26,812 bases of DNA. Origin: Silvanigrellaceae bacterium (GTDB taxonomy: Bacteria; Bdellovibrionota_B; Oligoflexia; Silvanigrellales; Silvanigrellaceae). Shown piece after piece: positions 1 through 8,536 of the stretch. A program made the position numbers and the translations under genes. Position 1 is the stretch's first letter. The number at the start of each line of letters is the position of its first letter. The notes beneath the pieces were generated by a model. It did no database searches and had not been told where the DNA came from. It was given only the letters and a program-made list of their open reading frames with translations. The stretch lies in assembly GCA_049423385.1 (NCBI GenBank), contig JBMSQQ010000047.1, positions 1 through 26,812 of the forward strand, given 5' to 3'.

Positions 1-187
1 GGAATTTTTCGTAGTGGTCGGCCATGTCACCCAATTCGGTCGGGCAGACAAAGGTAAAGTCGGCTGGGTAAAAGAAGAAGATCGACCATTTTCCCTTGAG
101 GTCGTTTTGCGTGACTGTCTTGAAGCTGTCGTTGACGTAAGCCTGAACGCTGAAATCGGTGATTTTGGTGTTGATAATGTTCATCAT
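1..187 (-). CDS. ahpC: Alkyl hydroperoxide reductase C (2-Cys peroxiredoxin), N-terminal part; runs off the left edge
   Basis: Absent from the ORF track. Manual minus-strand translation from ATG 187 gives MMNIINTKITDFSVQAYVNDSFKTVTQNDLKGKWSIFFFYPADFTFVCPTELGDMADHYEKF, containing the AhpC signature FFYPADFTFVCPTE. A GAGG RBS lies upstream. Confidence 0.97.
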   Translation of the reverse strand, partial: MMNIINTKITDFSVQAYVNDSFKTVTQNDLKGKWSIFFFYPADFTFVCPTELGDMADHYEKF

Positions 188-266
188 GGCGCACCTCGAA
201 TAAATGGAGAGTTCTGCAGGAGGCAGCCCTCTGCTTCCCACACCTGAATCATCGCCATTTTTTTCG

Positions 267-311
267 ATAACGAAAGTCGATTATATCTATAGAGCGATAG
301 ATGCTGTCTAT
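267..311 (-). promoter_or_regulatory. Putative OxyR-type operator and -10 box upstream of ahpC
   Basis: The minus strand reads ATAG-acagcat-CTAT-cgctct-ATAG-atataat-CGAC. This includes a perfect ATAG-N7-CTAT (297-311), further ATAG-like tetramers, and TATAAT at 280-285. ahpC is a classic OxyR target. Confidence 0.55.
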
Positions 312-1426
312 CGACCTGCTCTTTCCTGGCGGACGCCGATTTGAACAACATGATTGGCAAGATGTTCGAGCCACTCGTACTCAAACAGCATCACTTTGGG
401 GGCATAGGGAGTTTCTTCGCCGGTGTTGGACGAATCGTAGTCATAGAGTCCATCAGAGCCATAGAACTCCGAATTTCGAACGTAAAAGACGCCCTGGTTG
501 CGGCAACCACCGGCTTGCACATAACTGCTCTTGAGCTTGTTTCCCCTGCCGCGTGAATCCTTGGCCTTCTTCAAATATTCGGTTCTCTTTTGTGCGGAGT
601 CGGTTTGACCAGCCTTGGCGATCCAGTCACGCGCGAGTTCTTCAAAATATTTGATGGAGCTTTCCACGAATCCGCACTGGCGATTGTCGCGATTGTCATC
701 GAAACCAACCACAAAAACGGAATGCCAAAAGCCCTCGTGGTTGTAGATCACCTGCACGGGAGCCTGATTTTGAACCAAGGCTTCTTTGACCTGTTCAACA
801 ATTCCCGGGGGATTGAGTCCGACGTTCCATTGATCCGACTCCGGATCTGCATAAATGACAGTACGGCTGAACTTGGGCAACTCGACATATCCTTTGGTTA
901 CTGATTTGAGATTGTCGAACCAATTGATAATCACGCCGTAACTGCTTCCGTTTTGATTCGCCGGCGCGGGGAAAATGTCGCCTTTGGAATCTTCGCGAAA
1001 CCAACCCTTGGTGAATGGATAAACAGAATTGAGAATTCCCCGCCCCGTCGCGTTGAGAATTTCGATGCTGTCGGTCTTCCAGTTTTCAACATTTTTAACG
1101 TTTTTCTTTAGTCCCGATGCATTGATCACATGCCTTTCAGAGAGATCGAGCGGGCCATTGGAGGCACGCGAGGCATAAGGATTCAGTCGAGCCAACCACC
1201 ATTCAGCGACACCTGTGAGGGTCATGTAAAGGCAACTGCCCGCATCTTCCTGATGAGGTGATGGAATGATGTAGGGAACCAGCTGATTGAAACCGTTCAG
1301 GGTCGAGATATCCTTGACAACTTCCGGCTTGTAGTTGGTCGGGGTTGCTTTCGCAACGCCTGCGGGGAGAGTGGCGAACGCGGCCAATACGATGAATCGA
1401 ATCAGAAAGTATGGTCGGATAGCCAT
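308..1426 (-). CDS. Secreted papain-like (clan CA, C1-type) cysteine peptidase
   Basis: Motifs: HQEDAGSCL (oxyanion Gln and catalytic Cys), DLSERH, WHSVFVVGFDD (His), FYVRNS (Asn). Signal peptide ends AKA. ATG 1426 follows a GGAG RBS, so it is preferred over TTG 1441. Confidence 0.75.
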   Translation of the reverse strand: MAIRPYFLIRFIVLAAFATLPAGVAKATPTNYKPEVVKDISTLNGFNQLVPYIIPSPHQEDAGSCLYMTLTGVAEWWLARLNPYASRASNGPLDLSERHVINASGLKKNVKNVENWKTDSIEILNATGRGILNSVYPFTKGWFREDSKGDIFPAPANQNGSSYGVIINWFDNLKSVTKGYVELPKFSRTVIYADPESDQWNVGLNPPGIVEQVKEALVQNQAPVQVIYNHEGFWHSVFVVGFDDNRDNRQCGFVESSIKYFEELARDWIAKAGQTDSAQKRTEYLKKAKDSRGRGNKLKSSYVQAGGCRNQGVFYVRNSEFYGSDGLYDYDSSNTGEETPYAPKVMLFEYEWLEHLANHVVQIGVRQERAGR

Positions 1427-1557
1427 TATCCAAACTCCCAAATGCCAGAATTGGCTCGAACTTTAAGCACATCACCGCTGAGGCCACAAGAGGACCAGCG
1501 CGGTTCTGTGCATATTGGAAAAATCACAAATGATTCCGGAAATTTAATTCAAACATT

Positions 1558-1585
1558 TCACTTGAATTCTTGCTTATTCCGATAC
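1558..1585 (+). promoter_or_regulatory. Possible sigma28/FliA-type promoter of the vWA lipoprotein gene
   Basis: TCAC-N16-TCCGATAC versus the consensus TAAA-N15-GCCGATAA; ends 22 nt before ATG 1608. Confidence 0.35.
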
Positions 1586-1607
1586 GTCGTTCAAGGGAGA
1601 GCAGGAC

Positions 1608-2624
1608 ATGAAAAACTCAATTGTCTGTTTCGGGGTGGTTTTTGGCCTGGTTGCCTGTGGGCAGTCAGAATTCAATTCGACCCCTGGTCCCAAAAGGTCC
1701 ACGACAAAGAAGTCATCCGGTGCGGAGTCGGTGGGTGCCAACGGAACCAATTCGGCGAACGGAGAAGGAGTTGGCGGCCAGAAGCAAGAGACGTTCACTG
1801 TCTCAAGCCTGACGGGCAAAGTGGACATCGCCTGGTACGTCGACCAATCAGGTTCAATGACCAAGGAAGCTCAACACGTTCAAAACAACCTGGCCAGTTT
1901 TTTCAACCTGGTTGGCAAGGAAGTGGATGCGCGCTACGCGCTTGTCGCAAACTCGACAGGCAGCAACGCAATCAAAATTCCCGTGGAAGATGCCAATCAC
2001 ATCCAGATCAATCAATCCATAGCCAGCAACAATGCGCTTGAAATCGCCATCAGCTCTTTTCTGGCAGCGGATTTGGCGGCCCAACCCCCATTGGACGCAA
2101 ACAACCCTGCCGGAGCCAAGGTTACAAAAGCTCCGATCCAGGGAACTCTCAAAAACTTTTTCCGGCCCGGCGTGTTGCCAGTCGTCGTTATCGTGACAGA
2201 CGACAACGCAAAGAGGGTTAATGAAACGAACTTTCTGGCGTTGGCGAAAGACGCTCTCGGCGTCGAGCCAAAACTGTATGCCTGGCGCGGAAACTCGAAT
2301 CTTCCGGCAATTCCGGGAGCACAATGCGATGTTGCGGCCAACGGAGTTGCCTACGAACAGCTTGCTGCGAAAACCGGGGGTGAGGTCTTCAATTTGTGCG
2401 AACCCGACTGGACCAGCAGTTTTGCAAAGTTGACACAAAACATCGTGCAGGCAGCAAAAAACAGTTTTGCACTGAAAGTTTCGCCAAAATCGATTGTCTC
2501 CGTGACAATCGATGGCAAGGCGATCGACAACAGCAAGGTGACTTTGAGCGGTAACATCGTCACCATTGCTGCGTCTGAACTTTCGGCCATTTCGAAGGGA
2601 TCGGTGGTTATCACCTACCAATGA
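1608..2624 (+). CDS. Lipoprotein with von Willebrand factor A (MIDAS) domain and a C-terminal beta-rich domain
   Basis: Lipobox LVAC; G/S/T/N-rich linker; DIAWYVDQSGSM (DxSxS MIDAS); VVIVTDDN; AYEQLAAKTGG. GGAG/AGGA RBS. Confidence 0.85.
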   Translation: MKNSIVCFGVVFGLVACGQSEFNSTPGPKRSTTKKSSGAESVGANGTNSANGEGVGGQKQETFTVSSLTGKVDIAWYVDQSGSMTKEAQHVQNNLASFFNLVGKEVDARYALVANSTGSNAIKIPVEDANHIQINQSIASNNALEIAISSFLAADLAAQPPLDANNPAGAKVTKAPIQGTLKNFFRPGVLPVVVIVTDDNAKRVNETNFLALAKDALGVEPKLYAWRGNSNLPAIPGAQCDVAANGVAYEQLAAKTGGEVFNLCEPDWTSSFAKLTQNIVQAAKNSFALKVSPKSIVSVTIDGKAIDNSKVTLSGNIVTIAASELSAISKGSVVITYQ

Positions 2625-2694
2625 ACCCTGATTGATCCCATTGGGCTGCCAGGAGATGACACCGGGAAATTTGAATCCGGGTCAGCGCAGGCTT

Positions 2695-3615
2695 TCAGTA
2701 TTGCAAATCAGTCAGAAAAACTTCTTCGCGCCGGGTTGTCGTGAAGGCGATGCCTTTTTCATAATAGGCGGCTTCGTTGATGAACACCGGCCACGTTGTC
2801 TCACCACTCCAAAAATGGGATTTGCCATCGAAGCCAAGGAAAATGGGTTGACCCGGCATCAGTTCCTGAAAGTCGCGCCCCTGAAACTCGGGATGGAGCA
2901 TTGCGTCGGGCAAACCATCGACTCCGCGCGGGTAATCGATATGGTCCTTGAAAACAAACAGGGGAACACTGGCCGGAAGTGACGGCCGCACGCCGGTGTT
3001 CCACATTTCCACAAAATCGAGGCAGTGTTCCACCAACCGCGCAGTTTCCAGCACAAAGTGTGCATTCAAAACCCCATTCGCAACCGGGCCAACTTCAATT
3101 GCAAAACCATTGCGTGACAAGGAATTCAAAAAACCAGGATGCGCAGAAGGCTCTTCCCAGACATACGCCCTGACGTTGGAATCCTTGGAACGCAGGTATC
3201 CATATAAAAGAACGTTGAACGGATCGCGATTGGTGAGCACGAGGCTCAAGCCCATGTGCGCAGTGGTTGTGTGAAGATCAAAAATCACATCGGGTGCCTT
3301 GCCATCACATTTTTCAAGAAGTTCATGTTGAATCTGCTGCGCCAATTTCAATTCATAGGCCTGCGAATCAACCACCGGCCCTGAAGGACTGAAGCTTCTG
3401 TTGAGATCGCGCTCCACGTATCTTCGACAAATTTCAAAAGCGCGACGGTTGGCAAACAGGGGAATGGTATTGAAAGAGGGTCGGCGAATGGAGGATGAGT
3501 CCGTCAACCAATGTCGAGCCAGAAAGGCACCGGTGAACTCATTGCCGTGGGTTCCTCCGGAAACGAGGACATGTTTCATTTTTTGCGTTGAGTTCAGCTG
3601 CGTTTGCTTGTTCAT
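2695..3615 (-). CDS. Aspartoacylase (AstE/AspA family, M14-like Zn amidohydrolase)
   Basis: GGTHGNE, DLNRSF, DLHTT, IEVGP, LHPEFQGRDF and PVFINEAAYYEKGIAF are all hallmark aspartoacylase motifs. 4-nt overlap with the upstream gene. Confidence 0.93.
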   Translation of the reverse strand: MNKQTQLNSTQKMKHVLVSGGTHGNEFTGAFLARHWLTDSSSIRRPSFNTIPLFANRRAFEICRRYVERDLNRSFSPSGPVVDSQAYELKLAQQIQHELLEKCDGKAPDVIFDLHTTTAHMGLSLVLTNRDPFNVLLYGYLRSKDSNVRAYVWEEPSAHPGFLNSLSRNGFAIEVGPVANGVLNAHFVLETARLVEHCLDFVEMWNTGVRPSLPASVPLFVFKDHIDYPRGVDGLPDAMLHPEFQGRDFQELMPGQPIFLGFDGKSHFWSGETTWPVFINEAAYYEKGIAFTTTRREEVFLTDLQY

Positions 3616-4388
3616 TTGGAGCTCACCTTCATGACCGCATCCACGGCCGCATTGAAATCGAATGCACAGTGTCCGGGTGCTTCTGTGAAACTTGCCTGCA
3701 GAGGCAATCCCATGTGTGCATACTTTGTGAGTCCTGCACGAACCTGCTCAAACAAAAAATCGGATTTGCCAATCTGGACGAACAGGGGAAATTCGGCGTC
3801 CAGCCTTTTGTACCCGACAATCTTGTCCTGGCTTGGCCAAGCCCCTCCACACAATGCCAAGGCACGTCCTTTGAGCTTGTGGGCGTGACGGGGATAAAAA
3901 TCACCCATCAGAAAAGTCGCACCTGCGGAAATTCCCACAATCACCAACATTGGTGAATCCGATGCCAATGAATTTTTCCAGGCTGAGGGAATGTCTTTTT
4001 TGATGAGCCCAAGCAGATATTCATCCTGACGCTCGCCGATGGCCGACTCGAATGGCCAGTTGCGATTGCGCGTGGGTGCCGCTGGAACTGCGAGACGCAG
4101 TCGATGATTGCAGGCCGATTGGCTCATCATCTCTGCAAGCCCGGCAATACCGGCAGCACCACCACTGCCATGAAGCACAACCATGGTGCCAGCCCATCTG
4201 CCTTGCCGGCTGAGGGCAGAATCCTTCACGCCCGGACATTCATGCAGAACGACCTCGGACTCCAGAAATCCCGGTTTTTTCAGTTTGAGAACAGTCGTTG
4301 AAGTTTGTGCCGCTGAGTGCGCCACTGAGGATGAGCCCAGAAACCAGGACAGAGCGAAAGCGAGCGATACGTAATTGAATCTGGTCAC
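3612..4388 (-). CDS. Secreted alpha/beta-hydrolase (esterase/phospholipase-like)
   Basis: Motifs VVLHGSGG, GISAG (nucleophile elbow), GKSD (Asp) and PGHC (His). Signal peptide. GTG 4388 follows AAGGAGG, so it is preferred over ATG 4433. Confidence 0.8.
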   Translation of the reverse strand: MTRFNYVSLAFALSWFLGSSSVAHSAAQTSTTVLKLKKPGFLESEVVLHECPGVKDSALSRQGRWAGTMVVLHGSGGAAGIAGLAEMMSQSACNHRLRLAVPAAPTRNRNWPFESAIGERQDEYLLGLIKKDIPSAWKNSLASDSPMLVIVGISAGATFLMGDFYPRHAHKLKGRALALCGGAWPSQDKIVGYKRLDAEFPLFVQIGKSDFLFEQVRAGLTKYAHMGLPLQASFTEAPGHCAFDFNAAVDAVMKVSSK

Positions 4389-4432
4389 CCATGCCTCCTT
4401 TGCCTGGCACCGATGACACCGACGTCCGGCCA

Positions 4433-4951
4433 TCAGCGCAACGAGCAGGCGCTCGACGCAATACCAAACTGTCCTGTGAGTCCGGCCAAGACTTTAACTC
4501 TTTGACCAGCCGCAGCAGTTGGAAATCCAACATACACCCGGAATTTTCCACTGCCGGCCAAGGTCGCCACGATTTGAAAATCACCCTTGCCCATCGATTC
4601 TGCAACATTCTGGCCCGCAGCATCAACAACAAGCAATGCAGCATTGTTCACACTTCCAGCAGTGGAAGTCGCGACGCACAAAGTGACCAGTTCGCTGCTG
4701 GCCAAGGACGTTGTGACGTTCGCAACGGGAACTTCATTGAAGCAATAATTGTTGACAATCATCGTGGAGGGAAGATTGCCTGCACAAGCGCCTGACTCTG
4801 CCATTGTGGAAACTGGCGCACTTGCCGAGGTGAAGTTCCAGGTGAGGGTCGATTGCGAGGCAATTTGCGACTGCACGCCGTTGTCGTGTTGTCCACACGC
4901 AGTCGAAAGTACAGTTGATGCCAGAAGAGACCTCAGCAAAAGCGCCTTCAT
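4433..4951 (-). CDS. Small lipoprotein of unknown function (beta-rich, several Cys)
   Basis: MKALLLRSLLASTVLSTAC lipobox; GGAG RBS about 7 nt before ATG 4951. No recognisable family motif. Confidence 0.7.
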   Translation of the reverse strand: MKALLLRSLLASTVLSTACGQHDNGVQSQIASQSTLTWNFTSASAPVSTMAESGACAGNLPSTMIVNNYCFNEVPVANVTTSLASSELVTLCVATSTAGSVNNAALLVVDAAGQNVAESMGKGDFQIVATLAGSGKFRVYVGFPTAAAGQRVKVLAGLTGQFGIASSACSLR

Positions 4952-5106
4952 ATTCATACTCCGCAAGAGAAAGTCTGCTTGTAATTCAAGCACGAAGGCA
5001 GCGGAGTTATCCTAATGACACACGCCTGACAATAGAAAAATGAATATGATTACCGAATATTATATTGATTGATTGGCCAATCTGCCTCGCCTGCCACCAG
5101 GTCGCT

Positions 5107-5892
5107 TCAGGGCACAGTTCGGGGTTTGACCCCTCGCCATTCAAAAACCACGTTGTCCGCCAATCGGGACGCCTTGTTGAACTGCTCTTCGGTGCGCACC
5201 GTCCAAACGATCAGCGGCATTTGCGCCCTCACCCGCTGCGACAATTCATCCGTCAAGTCATTGATATTATAACTTATAAATTCACAATCAGGAGCAATGC
5301 CTGGCCGCAGGTTGGTGAGTCCCTCCAACTGCTCCGGCGACAGAAACGCAAAATCAGGGTCCTTCCGGTGATTGCAGGAGATGAAACCGACCGGCCATTT
5401 GTCGGAAGCGGTACGCAGCCTCAAAAGCTCTGTGACGGAAAAAGGATTAAAGCTCTTGAGTGCCACCGGCCCCTGGTATGTCATCAGCAACTCGGCAACC
5501 TTGCGCTCGAGGCGTCCGTTGGTGTCGTTTCCATTGCGGGAAAACGACTTGAGTTCAATGACCAGGGGACGCTGTCCCTGCACAAATGCCAACACGCGAG
5601 CCAGGGTTGGAATTCCTTCACCGCTGTTTCCCAGCCGCAAGTTCTGCAACTCGATGGCACTCATGTCGGTGAACAGTTCGCTGCGCGAACACATCCGTTC
5701 CAGAGAGTCGTCATGGAAGACCATCACTTCACCATCGGACGACAACATGACGTCGAGTTCTGCCGCAAATCCCTGATTCACGGCCTCCAACACGGCAGCC
5801 AATGAATTCTCGGGTTTGGCTCCTGTATTGTCGAAGAATCCACGATGTGCGATCGGGTGCTCTTTCAAGAAATCTGCAGATACTCGACTCAT
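5107..5892 (-). CDS. Glycerophosphodiester phosphodiesterase (GlpQ/UgpQ family)
   Basis: Motifs IAHRG, PENSLAA, ELDV, VFHDDSLER, IPTL, IELK and VWTV. ATGA overlap with the upstream lysophospholipase. Confidence 0.93.
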   Translation of the reverse strand: MSRVSADFLKEHPIAHRGFFDNTGAKPENSLAAVLEAVNQGFAAELDVMLSSDGEVMVFHDDSLERMCSRSELFTDMSAIELQNLRLGNSGEGIPTLARVLAFVQGQRPLVIELKSFSRNGNDTNGRLERKVAELLMTYQGPVALKSFNPFSVTELLRLRTASDKWPVGFISCNHRKDPDFAFLSPEQLEGLTNLRPGIAPDCEFISYNINDLTDELSQRVRAQMPLIVWTVRTEEQFNKASRLADNVVFEWRGVKPRTVP

Positions 5893-6950
5893 TCCGAATC
5901 CCCCGAATGCTTCCAGCCTTCAAAGAAAGCCAACGTTTGGCACATGACGCGCTGACGAATTTCGTCGCGCTCCTGGAGAAGTTCGTGTTGTGCCTTGGCT
6001 TCGTATGCAAGAATAAAACTCGACTGGCTATGCTCGGCAAATCTCACAAAATTGGATTTGACAACCTGATCCGCCCCGGCCTGCCAGACCAGTAAAGGGC
6101 ATCTGACGAAGCGCGGAAATTCCAGATGTGCAAGACGCCTTTCCACCCGAAGCGCCTCATGCAGCCAACCAAAACTCGGCGAACCGAGCTTGATGCTCGG
6201 GTAAGTCTTGAAGAGGTCACGATTCCAGTCTCGGCGAGCGGCACAGTTGGTCAAATCAAACCCGTAGCTGACGAGGTCGATGTCTTTTCCGCCAGGAATA
6301 TACTCCTTGTCGCGCCCCGCCTTCACACCGTTGGCGATCATCAGTTCAACAAACACTTTTGGATAAGGTTTGAGAATCAACTCGACCATTGGCGCTGTGA
6401 ATACAGCAGCTGCAGGTTGCATTCTGGACTGGGAAAGCCACAGTGACGAAACAGTGGCTCCCATGGAATGGGCAAGCAAAAAAAGTGGGCCTTTTTTGCG
6501 TGGCTCAACAACCTGAGCGTAAAAAATTGAAAGATCGTTGACATACGCCTGGAAAGATTCAACCCAACCGATTTGCTGATTCTCGAGTTCCCGCTGGGAA
6601 AACCCCTGTCCGCGGTGATCATAGCAAATGACGTCATATCCGCGGGTGAAGAAATCGTATGCAATTTCTGCATACTTGGCGTGCGACTCGTTGCGACCCG
6701 AGACAATCATCAGCGTCGCTGTCGACGCCTCCGAACGCCAGGCACGGGCGCTCAATTTCACACCCTTCACACCAGTGAAATCGCAACGCTCGGCCATTTG
6801 ATAGAAGGGCTCAATGAACTTTGAATGCAAATCACGCAGCTGAGTTTCGCGATTGTTGAATGGAATCGGGGCAAAATCATTCAGCGACCGCTGATGTTCA
6901 GCGGACCTGGCGGAGTGTTTGCGACCTTTTCCGGACGATTCAACAGTCAT
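5889..6950 (-). CDS. pldB: Lysophospholipase L2-like alpha/beta hydrolase
   Basis: Motifs SGRNESHAKYAE, YDHRGQGFSQR, LAHSMG (nucleophile), GSPSFGWL, AGADQVV and AQHELLQERD match the PldB/Hydrolase_4 pattern. Confidence 0.85.
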   Translation of the reverse strand: MTVESSGKGRKHSARSAEHQRSLNDFAPIPFNNRETQLRDLHSKFIEPFYQMAERCDFTGVKGVKLSARAWRSEASTATLMIVSGRNESHAKYAEIAYDFFTRGYDVICYDHRGQGFSQRELENQQIGWVESFQAYVNDLSIFYAQVVEPRKKGPLFLLAHSMGATVSSLWLSQSRMQPAAAVFTAPMVELILKPYPKVFVELMIANGVKAGRDKEYIPGGKDIDLVSYGFDLTNCAARRDWNRDLFKTYPSIKLGSPSFGWLHEALRVERRLAHLEFPRFVRCPLLVWQAGADQVVKSNFVRFAEHSQSSFILAYEAKAQHELLQERDEIRQRVMCQTLAFFEGWKHSGDSE

Positions 6951-6967
6951 GATGAAGGAGCATAGCT

Positions 6968-8533
6968 TTACATTCCGTCAACTTCAATCTTGTCGATCCT
7001 CCATCCCCAGTCAGCGACAAATTTATCTGTACTGAATGCGATATGTATTTTTCTGGCGGACACAAATCCGCTCCAAAAAGCTCCAAGCTGACCACTGAAC
7101 CTCTGCACAGGTTTTCCATCGTCATCAAAAATGACAAGCACGTCTGTCGATTGAGTTGAGAACTGATCAAAGTGCAACCGATATCCATTTGCCCCCTCGG
7201 GAAGAACAATCTCGTGACTTTCATTGAACTGTGATCTGTATGGATGTTCGCTTTGCAAAACCATCAGGAGTTCTTGTCGTCTGCCCTTGGGATATTCAAT
7301 TCGTTCTCCAGTGAGCGCTTTAAGGGCATTCTTGAAACTCAGGCGTTTGTCACTGTCGCTGAACACGGTCAGACCAAGAGATTCGTCTGCCCCGTCAAGG
7401 ATTCGTGCTTTGATCTGCTGGCTTGTCGAATCGGGTGATTGAGCCTTCAATTGTGCCGCGACGGCAGCCACAAGCGGACATGCCTGGCTCGTGCCCGAGC
7501 GAATGGCGTATTGTCCACCGGGTGCTGTCGACTGGATAGCCTCGCCGGGCGCAAAGATGTCGACGGTGTTGCCGTAGTTTGTGAAATTGGTGGCAATATC
7601 GCGATTGTCGCTTGCACCGACCGTGATCTGGTTATCAAGCCGATAGGAGGCCGGGTAACTGGGTTCGTTGTCGATGTTTCGTCTGAAGTTGCCCGCGGCA
7701 GAGACAACAAGGACATCCTTCTGCCTCGCATGATTGATGGCCTGGAAGATTTCCTCGGAATAGGATTGCGTTCCAAAACTGGCAGAAACAACGGATGCGC
7801 CATTGTCCACAGCATAGCGAATGGCCTGAGCGATTTTTTCGGCCGACACCGACGGACGAGCACCAGAAAAAATCTGCAAAGACATCACCCGAAAGCCACT
7901 CCAGGGTGACGCAATACCGATGCCGTTATCAGCCTTTGCAAGCAACAGACCTGCAAGGTGGGTTCCGTGGCCCAGGGCATCGATTTGATTTGGCGAATCG
8001 TCGGCAAAACTCCAACCACGAGCATCATCAACATAACCATTTCCATCATCATCCAGACCATTGTGTGCCTTGTCGCGCCCTGCGGAATCGATGCCCGTTT
8101 CACCACGGTTCACAAAAAAGCGCGAAGAATCAAAGTCAGGATGCTCAAAGTCGACGCCCGAATCGATGAGGGCCAGAATCACTTCCCGGTCGTTCGATTC
8201 GTGCGGAAAGATTGAGGGCAGGCCAATGTCGGCTCCTGGTTTGCCTTCCAATACAGACGGAAACTTTTGTCCCTTGTTGGACAAATACCATTGAGCCGAG
8301 AAAAATGGGTCGGCAAAATCAAGAAACGAAAACCCAATAACACCGGTTCGAACCGGAGAAAAATAAACGCTGTCTGTAAAATGAACAAGGCGTTCTTCTC
8401 CGCGAAGAACGCCCTGATGACCACTGACTGCAGAATCGTTTCCAATCCGGGTTCCGCCCTCCACGCAGCCTGCAGAAAATGCAAAAAGGACGCCCGAAAA
8501 AAACAGTTTCTCCAGCGCCCCTGTGATTTTCAT
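6968..8533 (-). CDS. Subtilisin-family (S8) serine protease lipoprotein with C-terminal CUB-like domain
   Basis: Catalytic LIDSG (Asp), GHGTH (His), AAGN (oxyanion) and SGTSQACP (Ser). Ca-loop insert NGLDDDGNGYVDD. C-terminal SEHPY...LHFDQFST...FSTDKFVADWGW is CUB-like. Lipobox SAGC. Confidence 0.92.
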   Translation of the reverse strand: MKITGALEKLFFSGVLFAFSAGCVEGGTRIGNDSAVSGHQGVLRGEERLVHFTDSVYFSPVRTGVIGFSFLDFADPFFSAQWYLSNKGQKFPSVLEGKPGADIGLPSIFPHESNDREVILALIDSGVDFEHPDFDSSRFFVNRGETGIDSAGRDKAHNGLDDDGNGYVDDARGWSFADDSPNQIDALGHGTHLAGLLLAKADNGIGIASPWSGFRVMSLQIFSGARPSVSAEKIAQAIRYAVDNGASVVSASFGTQSYSEEIFQAINHARQKDVLVVSAAGNFRRNIDNEPSYPASYRLDNQITVGASDNRDIATNFTNYGNTVDIFAPGEAIQSTAPGGQYAIRSGTSQACPLVAAVAAQLKAQSPDSTSQQIKARILDGADESLGLTVFSDSDKRLSFKNALKALTGERIEYPKGRRQELLMVLQSEHPYRSQFNESHEIVLPEGANGYRLHFDQFSTQSTDVLVIFDDDGKPVQRFSGQLGAFWSGFVSARKIHIAFSTDKFVADWGWRIDKIEVDGM

Positions 8534-8536
8534 GAT

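Noticed and set aside
14..247. 77-aa plus-strand ORF
   Set aside because: Antisense shadow of the ahpC 5' region, which has unmistakable motifs.
1442..2621. Long alternative ORFs 1442..2041 (+) and 1854..2621 (-)
   Set aside because: They overlap the vWA lipoprotein gene and lack motifs. Similar shadows (5065..5805, 16179..16826, 23451..24161) were rejected likewise.
2657..2684. Weak hairpin between the convergent vWA and aspartoacylase genes
   Set aside because: Bulged stem, long loop and no U-tract; not supportable as an intrinsic terminator.
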